Below are positions 30,167 to 39,158 of a stretch of DNA of 64,000 nucleotides, one piece after another (position 1 is the stretch's first letter; the number at the start of each line of letters is the position of its first letter). The stretch spans positions 768,001 to 832,000 of the forward strand of contig OZ242008.1 in the NCBI GenBank assembly GCA_965204735.1. Direction: 5' to 3'. A program made the position numbers and the translations under genes. The notes under the pieces were generated by a model that was given only the letters and a program-made list of their open reading frames with translations, ran no database searches and was not told the DNA's origin. Origin of the DNA: Longimicrobiales bacterium (GTDB lineage: Bacteria; Gemmatimonadota; Gemmatimonadetes; Longimicrobiales; Gaopeijiaceae).

Positions 30167-30745
30167 CAGCCAGTCGTGAAGCGCAAGCACTCGAATCCGT
30201 CGGTGAGAATCGAGATCGGAGCGGACACGGTCCCCACAATCTTCGCGAAGATTCGCGAGGAGGGGCTGGCGGTCGAGGTGATCAGTTCTCCGGCCCGGCG
30301 TGAGGATCCAGGCTGCCGCGGACACTTCGATCGCCGCCGCGCTCGCGCATCCGGCGATGCCGGCCGACTCCGAAGCCAAAGTCGACGGAGCGTCCAGCTC
30401 CGGCGACACGACTACGAATAGCGTCTCGGAAACCGACCGTTCGCCCGGCGGCGGTGATGAGAGAAGCGCACGACCTTGTCGCGCATCGTCGGCGCGAACT
30501 CGGCCTACTCCTTCTGCTTGGCCAGCTCGAAGCTTCCGATTTCGACCTCCGGCGGCGGGCGACTCGCTCCGCCTTCGGTATAGCGACAGGCTAGCCTAGC
30601 CGGAGTCAGCGCGGCCTGGGCCAGGAAACGGCCGGCCGCTCGCAGCCGGGCGTGGGTCGCGCGCCAGCACGGGGGCCACCCCCCGGGCGAGACGATCACT
30701 CAGCAGGCGCGCTGGCACGGCTGCGCGGGACCCCGTTCCCACCGA

Positions 30746-30771
30746 GGGAACCCTTTCCGATTTCCGGTGTA
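30746..30771 (+). promoter_or_regulatory. Candidate ECF-sigma promoter GGGAACC-N13-GGTGTA
   Basis: Boxes and spacing identical to the 4523 site. Lies about 80 nt upstream of a lipoprotein gene. Confidence 0.5.
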
Positions 30772-30853
30772 CGGAACAGCACGGCCCCGACCGCGGGCTC
30801 GCCACCGACGACGAGCCGCAGGCGGTCGGACCATCATTCAGCCAGGAGCAGTC

Positions 30854-31348
30854 ATGAAAGCAGCCGCATCCATCAGGGCGGCCTTCGCCACGCTGGCGCT
30901 GGCCCTCGTGGCCGTCGCCTGCGACGACGACGCCGCGCCCACCAAGCTCGCGGACGAGCCCCGCGAGATCACCGAGACCCCCAACCCCTGGACGACGATC
31001 TTCGCCGCCGCCGAGTCGAAGGGCGGCCCGGTCCAGGTCGTCTTCGCCGGCAGCGACCGGTCCTACAGGATCCGGGAGCTGTACGACGGCGCCAGGGCGC
31101 CCCAGGACGCTATCGAGGGGACCGCGGCCGTCTGTACGGTCGAGGACGCGACGAACCGCCTCGAGCTGGACGCCTTCCGGCGGTGCATGGCCCGCGCGCT
31201 TCGGCAGGACGTGTGCCGCAACGGAGGCGTCTTCGTCCTCTACCATCCGAGCCAGGCGCCGGGCAGCTGGCGCGCGGCGTGTCCCGTGCCGCCGGAAGCG
31301 GACGACGATCCCGACGGCGACGAGTCGCGGGCGAACGACCCCGCCTGA
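30854..31348 (+). CDS. Hypothetical lipoprotein
   Basis: AGGAG RBS, lipobox VAVAC, four further Cys residues. Confidence 0.75.
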   Translation: MKAAASIRAAFATLALALVAVACDDDAAPTKLADEPREITETPNPWTTIFAAAESKGGPVQVVFAGSDRSYRIRELYDGARAPQDAIEGTAAVCTVEDATNRLELDAFRRCMARALRQDVCRNGGVFVLYHPSQAPGSWRAACPVPPEADDDPDGDESRANDPA

Positions 31349-31519
31349 GCACGGCCCTTGCGAGCGGTCGGCGACTCGTCTCCAGCGCCGGCCGCTCGCT
31401 GCCGGGCGCGGAAGCGGCTCGCGGGCTTCGACGTCGATTCGCCGCGATCGCTATTCCCCAGCTACACGCCGCCCGGGCATCGGTACGTGGAACAGGGGCG
31501 CCGGATCCCGTCCGTCAAG

Positions 31520-34417
31520 TCAGGGCTTCAACCGCCGCCCGGCAGGCCCGTTCGCGAAGGCTGACCGGCTTCCGGAGGTTTCGACGGCAAGAGCTTTGTC
31601 GCTGAAGGTCTCGTCCTCGTTGGACGTTTCTTCGTCCGAGGCTTCGTCTCCGTCCGGGGTCTTCCAGAAGTCGGGGTTCGACGGCGCGGCGCCGGCGACC
31701 GGGGCGCCGTAGAGCAGCGCGTTGAACAGAACGCGGAAGTTGCCGAAGGGCTGGCCGCGCCACTGAGGCTTCATCCCCAGCAGCACCACGCGCCCGTCTC
31801 CGTGGGCCACGTCCACGGCGGCCGCAAAGCCCTGCAGGTGCTCCTCGCCCAGCAGGTATCCGGACAACAGGGGCGAACCGTCCGCCGGGTACTTCGCCAG
31901 GACCGAGCCCTCGAATCCATCCTTGGTCGTGAAGACGGGGCTGCGCTCGACCACGACCTTGGCCTGCGGGGGCATGCCGGACATGACGGGGTGCGACGGA
32001 TCGACCTCCATCGCCACGATCGATCCGCTCATGAAGAAGTCGGTGGCGTCGTGCTCCGCAACCACGTTCTCGACGGGCAGGTGAAGCTGCTCGATCGCGA
32101 ACAGGGCGGCGTCGTTCAGCGCGACCAGCGTGCCGCCGCTCCGAACGAAGGCGTCCAGCTCGCGAACGCCCTCGCTGCCGACGCCGCCCTCGTAGCGCGG
32201 CGGCACCGATCCCTTGGCGAAGCCGTCGAGGATCTGGCCGGCCCGCATGTCCGCCAAGACGATCACGTCGTAGCGGTCGCGAAGGGCGCCCGCCAGCACC
32301 TCGGCGTTGTACAAGCTCTCGAACTCGAAGCCGTAGGCCTCCAGCAGCCAGCGCGTCCAGCCTTCGTCCATCGACGGGTCCCACGGGCGGTAGAGACCCA
32401 CCCTGGGGCGCGGCAGCTCGACCCCCGCTCGGCCGCCGGCGCCGCCTGCCCCCTGCCGCAGGTGCAGCTCCGACGCCAGCGCGCTCCGAGCGGCGCCGGA
32501 GAGCCCGGTGATGACGTACCGCCCCGAGCTGCCGGCCGCCCCGTCCTCGCCGCCCGCGCCCGGCACGAACCGCACCTGCCCCCCGTTCGCCCACGCCCGG
32601 TTGAGCGCCTTGAAGGCGTTGTTCTGGGCCGGGTCCGCCACGAGTCCGCCGCCTCCGCCCCCGGCGCTACCGGCCGGAGGCACGATCGCCGCCGCCACGG
32701 GGTGGCTGTCGAAGCCGACGCCGGGGGGCGAGTCGAAGGGCGCCGCGTCCTCCACCTCCGCGTCCCACGCAAGGGGCTCGCCGACCAGCGCGCTCATCGC
32801 GTCGCGCACGTCTTCCGTCAACGGCGACGCCGCCTCCACCACGCGCACGCCCATCAGGTAGGGCAGCGTCCACCCCGACACGTCGTAGGGCTGGTCGGGC
32901 GGCCCTTCCGGGTACTGGCGCAGGTCCGGGTACTCCTGCACCGCAAAGAGCTGCCGGACGAAGTTGGCGAACTCCTGGTCCATCGGGATCACCCAGGTCC
33001 CCGCCGGATGCGCGATCCCTTCGAACTCGAGCCCCTGGGCAAGCTGGTGCACCTCGACGCCGTTGTAGGCCAAGCGCCGAAGCATCTCCACCGCCGCCAC
33101 CGGGTCCCGCTGGTCCTGGGGGACGAAGAACGCGTACGGAGGCTCTTCCCTATACTGGGCGATCACGTCTCGACCCGCCTGGTAGCGGTTGTACAAGATG
33201 TCGGTGCGGTACTTGGCCGCGACGTCCAGCACCGATATCGACGCGGTGAGCATGTACTCCACGGCGTCCCGAAGCCGCCACCAGCCGCCTTCCCAAGGGC
33301 TGCTGTAGAGGGACTGGGGACGGAGCTCCCGCGTGTTGCCGGGAAAGTCTCCTATCGTGTAGAAGTGCGGCGTGGCGTAGCGGTACAGCGCCGTCTCGGT
33401 CAGGAACGACACGACGTTGTGGAAGTTGTGGGCGTGGTCCATGAAGCCCGGGTACCAGTTGTCGAAGCCCGTGCCCATGTGCGTCGCGCCCTTCTGGCCG
33501 CGCTCCTCCAGCGCCTGGGCCATCGACATGCCGATCAGGTTCACCGTCCGCCACATGAGCGGATGCACGTGCGGCGAGATCGGCTCCGCGAAGGGCGGGA
33601 TCCATATCCGCGTCGGGAACGGCGAGCTCTGGTGGTGGTTGTAGAGGATCTGCGGCTCCCACTCGCGCGTCACCCGCGTGGCCATCCGGGACTCGATCTG
33701 GTTGATCATGTACCCGTCCCGGTTGTTGTCGTGGCCGACGTACTTCTGATAGAGGAACGGCGCCGAGGACACTTCGTAGGGCGTGCCCAAGTTGGAGCGG
33801 TACCACTCGGCGATCATCGTCTGCCCGTCCGGGTTGATCGACGGCCAGAGCATGAGGATCACGTTGTCCAGAATCGCCCGGATCTCGGGATCGTCGTCGC
33901 CGGTGACCAAGTCGTGCGCCAGCTGGATCGTGTGCTCGGCGTGCGCGACCTCGGTGGAGTGCAGCCCGCCGTCGATGTGCACGATCGCCTTCCCCTGGGC
34001 GGCCAGCGCCCGGGCCTCGTCGTCCGTCAGCCCCTTGGGATGCGCCAAGCGGAGTGCGATCTCTCTGTGCCGCTCCATGTCGCGCAGGTTCTCGGCGCTG
34101 GAGATCAGCGCAATGTAGACCGGCCGCCCGTACGACGAACGTCCCACCTGCCGAAGCTCCAGCCGGTCGGTGGCCTCGTCCAGCCGCTCGAAGTACTCGA
34201 TAGACTCCTCGAAGGTGGCCAGGTGGAAGTCGGCGCCGACCCGGTGCCCCAGCACGGACTCGGGCGTGGGAACCTGCTGGGCGGCCACAGACGAGCCGCC
34301 GACGAAGATCGAAGCGCCCACGGCAAGCGCCGCTCTCGCGATCGGCGAAGTTGCTGCTCCTGTCGTTCGTCTTGCTGCCCCTCGCATCCGGGGCGATCCG
34401 TCGTCACGGTTTGCCAT
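31520..34417 (-). CDS. M14 family zinc carboxypeptidase-like protein with C-terminal GATase-like domain
   Basis: Signal peptide, GGLHSTE, PSINPDG, GHDNNRD, YNHHQ, MDEGWTRW. Confidence 0.88.
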   Translation of the reverse strand: MANRDDGSPRMRGAARRTTGAATSPIARAALAVGASIFVGGSSVAAQQVPTPESVLGHRVGADFHLATFEESIEYFERLDEATDRLELRQVGRSSYGRPVYIALISSAENLRDMERHREIALRLAHPKGLTDDEARALAAQGKAIVHIDGGLHSTEVAHAEHTIQLAHDLVTGDDDPEIRAILDNVILMLWPSINPDGQTMIAEWYRSNLGTPYEVSSAPFLYQKYVGHDNNRDGYMINQIESRMATRVTREWEPQILYNHHQSSPFPTRIWIPPFAEPISPHVHPLMWRTVNLIGMSMAQALEERGQKGATHMGTGFDNWYPGFMDHAHNFHNVVSFLTETALYRYATPHFYTIGDFPGNTRELRPQSLYSSPWEGGWWRLRDAVEYMLTASISVLDVAAKYRTDILYNRYQAGRDVIAQYREEPPYAFFVPQDQRDPVAAVEMLRRLAYNGVEVHQLAQGLEFEGIAHPAGTWVIPMDQEFANFVRQLFAVQEYPDLRQYPEGPPDQPYDVSGWTLPYLMGVRVVEAASPLTEDVRDAMSALVGEPLAWDAEVEDAAPFDSPPGVGFDSHPVAAAIVPPAGSAGGGGGGLVADPAQNNAFKALNRAWANGGQVRFVPGAGGEDGAAGSSGRYVITGLSGAARSALASELHLRQGAGGAGGRAGVELPRPRVGLYRPWDPSMDEGWTRWLLEAYGFEFESLYNAEVLAGALRDRYDVIVLADMRAGQILDGFAKGSVPPRYEGGVGSEGVRELDAFVRSGGTLVALNDAALFAIEQLHLPVENVVAEHDATDFFMSGSIVAMEVDPSHPVMSGMPPQAKVVVERSPVFTTKDGFEGSVLAKYPADGSPLLSGYLLGEEHLQGFAAAVDVAHGDGRVVLLGMKPQWRGQPFGNFRVLFNALLYGAPVAGAAPSNPDFWKTPDGDEASDEETSNEDETFSDKALAVETSGSRSAFANGPAGRRLKP

Positions 34418-35423
34418 GAGCCGTCTCCTCTGCAATTCGATTTGCGATCTTGTCCGCGAGCGCTCGGAAGTCCTGCTGGGCATCGACCACCGCCGCCGCG
34501 TGACTGCCGATGGCGCCGTCGGCAGGCCGGAGATGAAAGATGGGCTTCCGAGCCTCTTGGGCCAGGGGCACGAGGCTGCGGAAGTGCTTGATCGTAGCCA
34601 AGCAGCGAGCGTCGGCCTTCGGCGTCTCGGGGAACGGCCCCGACTTCTCGCCCAGCAAGTTGCGCGCGTATTCCCCCGGCATCCGGTTGACCCACTTGTC
34701 GTAAGCCTTAATCGGCCTTTGAAGCCGCACGCTGTGCTGCTGCACCACGTACCCGACCGGCGCCATTTCGCCGCGAGGGAGCTCGAATTCGGCTTCCTGC
34801 CAGTGGTCCAGGCGCTTCTTCCAGCTTTCCCGCCACTTTCGCAGCGTCGGCCCAAGGTTGCGCAGACCCTGAAGCGAGTACAGGTCCGCGCCCAATGGGA
34901 CCACGATGAAGTCGCTCGCAATCAACGCCGACCGATTGATGGCGCCCAGGTTCGGGCCCACGTCGGCCAGGACGATCGACGCATCCATCTGACGCGCACC
35001 GTCCTGCATGACCGTGGAAAACGCGGTGAGCACGCGAAAGGGCCGGTAGACCTCGGAGTCCAGCGCCTTTGGCCACACTTCCGACAGCGCGTCCTCGAAA
35101 CCAGCAAGGGCCAAGCTCCCAGGCAAGATGCGCAGATCCGACGACACCTTCTCCAGCTTGGGCGGCCGCAGGTCCCCGACGCCCAAGAGAGGGCGAACGC
35201 ACTGCATGATCGTGCGGCCTCCCTGGCTGGTGTCCTCGACCGTCCAGAGCTCCTCCAGCCGACGATCGGCCAGGAAGGCTGCGGTCAGATTCGCTTGCGG
35301 ATCCAAGTCGCACGCGAGCACGCGATGACCGGTCTCCGACAACATCCATGCCAAGTGATAGACGAGCGAGGTCTTGCCCACCCCGCCCTTGTTGTTGAAG
35401 AACGTCAATACTGGCGTGCTCAC
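34404..35423 (-). CDS. Orphan ParA-family ATPase
   Basis: FFNNKGGVGKTS (deviant Walker A), DLDPQANLT, ADVGPNLG. No parB nearby. Confidence 0.9.
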   Translation of the reverse strand: MSTPVLTFFNNKGGVGKTSLVYHLAWMLSETGHRVLACDLDPQANLTAAFLADRRLEELWTVEDTSQGGRTIMQCVRPLLGVGDLRPPKLEKVSSDLRILPGSLALAGFEDALSEVWPKALDSEVYRPFRVLTAFSTVMQDGARQMDASIVLADVGPNLGAINRSALIASDFIVVPLGADLYSLQGLRNLGPTLRKWRESWKKRLDHWQEAEFELPRGEMAPVGYVVQQHSVRLQRPIKAYDKWVNRMPGEYARNLLGEKSGPFPETPKADARCLATIKHFRSLVPLAQEARKPIFHLRPADGAIGSHAAAVVDAQQDFRALADKIANRIAEETAHGKP

Positions 35424-35429
35424 GACCGG

Positions 35430-36629
35430 CTACGCCCTTGCCCGCACGGTGACCCGCACGTTGTTGTCGTCAACCTCGAAAAGCGGCTCTGGATGACCCG
35501 CCTTCGCCAACTCATCTCTGGCCAATGGGATGCCGATTCCAAACTTCTGCACGAAGCCCGTGACCATCATTGCGTCCGCAAGATTCGGATTCCGGTAGTC
35601 CACAAGGCCGCTCCTGCCGAAATCGGCAACCGTCACCCTGCCGAAGGGGCCGCCCGGGTTGATGATCTCTATGCGATCGTTGTACCAGTAGACGTGCACC
35701 GGTGCGTTCGTGGATTCGTAGCTCCTGTGCATAATAGCGTTCCGGACGAGCTGTTGCAACGATTCCATTGGATAAGCATCAATCGTCAACTCCCGAAAGC
35801 GTGAGGCAAAGTCGACCGCAGTCCGGTTATGACCCGCGAGTTTCTCATCTATCCTGCGCAACATGTCCGGTACCGTGCCCCCGATTTGGGCCCGGTCGAC
35901 TATGTCGTCGGTCAGTCGAGTCCCGTCGATGCGCAGAAACTGAATGTAGGAACAGAAGACGAAGTCCTGCGGGTTTTTCCCAATCGCAAGCATGCCCAGA
36001 ACAGTAGGAACGGGATCGGCAACCGAGGTTACCATCTTCGTCGCTGCCAACTGTTCCGTCTCAGTGCGCCGATTGGCAGTCAATATGGAAGGGGAAAAGG
36101 CTCTGGGCAGGTATTCGTGCACAAAACGAACGTGGTCGAGATCGGCGACGTTCGCGCCGGGCATCGGATACAGGTCAAACGGCAGGTTGCCGTGCCTGCG
36201 CCTCTCGTTGAGGATCCGCTCGTCCTGCGCTGTTGCGATGCCGCGCCTCGGCCCGATCCGGATGTAGACGGCACCCTTGCAGCGGACGGGAGGGGAGTCC
36301 GACGGATCGACGCTGACGACGGCTACTCCGCCACCTTCAAGCTCCAGACTCTCCACGGTCAGGGACGGAGGTGGGACGATGTTGCCGTCGGTCTTCATGT
36401 CCGCCAGCTGGGTCAACATGCGGTCGGTGACGGTCAAGCCCGCGAGCGATCCGTTGTCTCGGACTCCGACCAGGACTGCTCCAGGCTCCCCGCTGCGGGG
36501 CAGGTCGTTCGCGAATGCGCAGATCGCTTGACGAATTCTCTCCTTGGCGCCGCCGCGGAGCGACTCCTTGAATTCAACGCGATCCGTCTCGCCTCCGGCA
36601 ATGATCGCCGCCAGGGTCTGTTCGGTCAT
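35430..36629 (-). CDS. Schlafen/AlbA_2 domain plus HATPase_c_4 (RecG-C-like) protein
   Basis: ETDRVEFKES..ICAFAN..G.VLVGVRDNG; RNAIMHRSY, DRIEIINPGG, YRNPNLA, GFVQKFGIGI. Confidence 0.88.
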   Translation of the reverse strand: MTEQTLAAIIAGGETDRVEFKESLRGGAKERIRQAICAFANDLPRSGEPGAVLVGVRDNGSLAGLTVTDRMLTQLADMKTDGNIVPPPSLTVESLELEGGGVAVVSVDPSDSPPVRCKGAVYIRIGPRRGIATAQDERILNERRRHGNLPFDLYPMPGANVADLDHVRFVHEYLPRAFSPSILTANRRTETEQLAATKMVTSVADPVPTVLGMLAIGKNPQDFVFCSYIQFLRIDGTRLTDDIVDRAQIGGTVPDMLRRIDEKLAGHNRTAVDFASRFRELTIDAYPMESLQQLVRNAIMHRSYESTNAPVHVYWYNDRIEIINPGGPFGRVTVADFGRSGLVDYRNPNLADAMMVTGFVQKFGIGIPLARDELAKAGHPEPLFEVDDNNVRVTVRARA

Positions 36630-36660
36630 GCTGGCCACTCGGCGCGTTCTCCTCTCCCTT

Positions 36661-38055
36661 TCATGCCCCTACGATCGGCCACGGCGTCCACTCCCGCCAG
36701 CGGCCCCGGGTGAAGTCGGGGAAGGCCACGGGCGCGCTGCCGTTGGCCACGCTGATCTCGGAGAGCTCGCACACCGCGCTCAGCGCCGCCGCGTCGTAGA
36801 CGTTCATGTCGGTGGGCAGCCCCTCGCGCAGGCACTTGACGAGCCGGTAGTCCTCCATGAAGTCCATGCCGCCGTGACCCGCGCCGACCGACGCCTCGCG
36901 GAGCGCGCGCCACAGCGGGTGCTCGAAGTCGTCGTAGTACGCCTCGGCGTCTTCCCACTGGTGCCCAGGGCTGCGGCCCTCGACGTGCACCCGGTCCGGA
37001 TAGCCCTGGAAGACGCCCCGAGTCCCCTGCACTTGGTTGATGCGGCTGTAGGGGCGCGGCAAGTTCGTGTCGTGGGAGACGTAGATCGTGCGTCCCAGGG
37101 CGGTCTTGATCAGGCTGCCGTTGACGTCGCCCAGGGCGAAGCTCTCGTCGCGCTTTGGATGGCCTTCGGGGTAGTGGGCCGCCGCCCACTCCTGCAAGCC
37201 CCGGGACGGGCTGCTCATCGACACCAGGTAGTCGAAGCGGTCGCCCCGGTTCACGTCCATGCAGTTGGCGACGGGCCCCAGGCCGTGCGTGGGGTAGAGG
37301 TTGCCGTTCCGGCTCCACGAGTGGTCGCGGCGCCACAGCCCTTCGCCGTCTTCGGCGAACTTGATCGCCCGCAGGTCGTGGAGGTACCCGCACTCGGCGT
37401 GGAGGATTTCGCCCAGCAACCCCTGGCGCACCAGGTTCAAGCAGAGGAGCTCGGCGCGGCCGTAGTTCACGTTCTCCATCATGACGCAGTGGCGGCCCGT
37501 CGCCTCGGCGGTCTCGACCAGCCGCCAGCAGTCGTCCAGGCGGTAGGCGGCGGGGACTTCGGTGGCGGCGTGCTTCCCGCTCTCCATGGCGGCGACGCAC
37601 ACCGGGACGTGCCACCGCCACGGCGTGGCCGTGTACACCAGGTCCAGCTCCTCCTCCGCGCAGAGGCGCTCGAAGTCGGTCTCGCTCCGGGCGTAGAGGG
37701 TCGGGCGCGGGCGGCCGGCTTCCTCGACGATCCCGGCGGCCCGCTCGGCGTGGGACGCCACCACGTCGCACACCGCCGTCACCGCGCACCCGTCGATCCG
37801 CACCAAGTTGCGCACGTGAGCGGTGCCCATTCCCCCGACGCCGACGAAGCCGATCCGCACCTCCTCGATCGCCGGGGCGGCCAGGGGCTGGGCAGGAGGC
37901 GGTGCCAAGCCCGAGGGGACGGCGGCGGTTGGATGCGTGGCGGCTCCGGCCGGCCCGCCTGCCGTGCCTGAGGTTCCGTCCGTTCCCCCGCAGCCGGCGA
38001 GCGCTCCTCCCGCCGCCCCGGCGGCGCCCGCCTTCAAGAAACCCCGTCGGTCCAT
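36661..38055 (-). CDS. Tat-exported Gfo/Idh/MocA-fold glycoside hydrolase, GH109 (alpha-N-acetylgalactosaminidase-like)
   Basis: DRRGFLK Tat motif followed by LAGC, TATPWRWH, ATEVPA, MMENVNY, YLHDLR, LYPTHGLGP, GHGGMDF. Confidence 0.9.
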   Translation of the reverse strand: MDRRGFLKAGAAGAAGGALAGCGGTDGTSGTAGGPAGAATHPTAAVPSGLAPPPAQPLAAPAIEEVRIGFVGVGGMGTAHVRNLVRIDGCAVTAVCDVVASHAERAAGIVEEAGRPRPTLYARSETDFERLCAEEELDLVYTATPWRWHVPVCVAAMESGKHAATEVPAAYRLDDCWRLVETAEATGRHCVMMENVNYGRAELLCLNLVRQGLLGEILHAECGYLHDLRAIKFAEDGEGLWRRDHSWSRNGNLYPTHGLGPVANCMDVNRGDRFDYLVSMSSPSRGLQEWAAAHYPEGHPKRDESFALGDVNGSLIKTALGRTIYVSHDTNLPRPYSRINQVQGTRGVFQGYPDRVHVEGRSPGHQWEDAEAYYDDFEHPLWRALREASVGAGHGGMDFMEDYRLVKCLREGLPTDMNVYDAAALSAVCELSEISVANGSAPVAFPDFTRGRWREWTPWPIVGA

Positions 38056-38342
38056 GAGTCGTCTTGCCTCCTTGTCGGCTCGCGCTGGCGTCGCGGCCAG
38101 TACCATGCGAACGTAAGGCCAGTTCAACACGAACGCTGCCTGAAGGTACTTTGACAGGACCAGGAACGCGCCGGCGACGCGGTCGGCAGCGCCGCCCTCA
38201 GCCGCGAACGCTTCCCCCGACGGGGCCGAAACGCCCGGTTTGCCGCAGGAGCCCGTACTTCCCGTCCCGGAACGCCGCGAGCCGTCGCTGCCTGGTTGGC
38301 GGCCTGGTGCCGCCCGATCTCCCACATCGACGACAAGGAAGC

Positions 38343-39158
38343 ATGCAGACCCGCCGAACTCCAACAGCTTTCGCAAGCCTCGTTGCCGCCGTCGCCGCCC
38401 TCGCCGCCCTCCAGGGATGCGCGACCCGAGGCCCCGGCGCGCCCGCGCCCGCCGCCGGCCCCGATCCGGCCCCAGTGCCCGGCGACCCGACTCGCGACGC
38501 CCCGGCCCCGCCCGCCCCCGCTCCAGCCGAGCCCACCCGTCCCAGCGCCGCCCGCGTCGCCGAGCTCGAGGCGGTCTATCGAGCCCGGGCCGAGGCCGCG
38601 CGGGCGAACTACCACGAAGCGGACGTGCACTTCATGACGGGGATGATCGGCCACCACGGCCAAGCCCTGGTCATGTCCGGGTTCGCTCCCGAGAACGGCG
38701 CGAGCGCCACCATCCAGACGCTCTGCGCCCGGATCATCAACGCCCAGAAGGACGAGATCGCCGTCATGCAGGAATGGCTGCGCGACCGGGGCCAGCCCGT
38801 GCCCGAGGTCCATACCGACGGCGGCCGCTTCATGGTCCACGGCCCCGAGCACGCCATGCACATGCCGGGAATGCTCTCTCCCGAGCAGCTCGACGAGCTG
38901 CGCCAGGCCCGCGGCGCCGACTTCGACCGCCTCTTTCTGCGGTACATGATCATGCACCACGAGGGCGCGGTCACGATGGTGGAGGAGCTCTTCGCCGTCG
39001 ACGGCGCCGCCCAAGGCGACTTCGTCTTCAAGCTGGCCTCCGACATCCAGGCGGACCAAGGTTCCGAGATCGCCCGAATGGAGCTGATGCTGGAAGCCCT
39101 CGAACCCAACCCGGAACCACTCCGATCCGAGCCAACCCCAGACAGGAACCCGACATGA
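38343..39158 (+). CDS. DUF305 domain lipoprotein
   Basis: Lipobox LQGC, ADVHFMTGMIGHHGQA, Q..EI..M, MPGML, FLRYMIMHHEGA. Confidence 0.88.
   Translation: MQTRRTPTAFASLVAAVAALAALQGCATRGPGAPAPAAGPDPAPVPGDPTRDAPAPPAPAPAEPTRPSAARVAELEAVYRARAEAARANYHEADVHFMTGMIGHHGQALVMSGFAPENGASATIQTLCARIINAQKDEIAVMQEWLRDRGQPVPEVHTDGGRFMVHGPEHAMHMPGMLSPEQLDELRQARGADFDRLFLRYMIMHHEGAVTMVEELFAVDGAAQGDFVFKLASDIQADQGSEIARMELMLEALEPNPEPLRSEPTPDRNPT

Noticed and set aside
34404..35423. Chromosome-partitioning parA
   Set aside because: No parB or parS, atypical length and composition. Treated as an orphan ParA-like ATPase.
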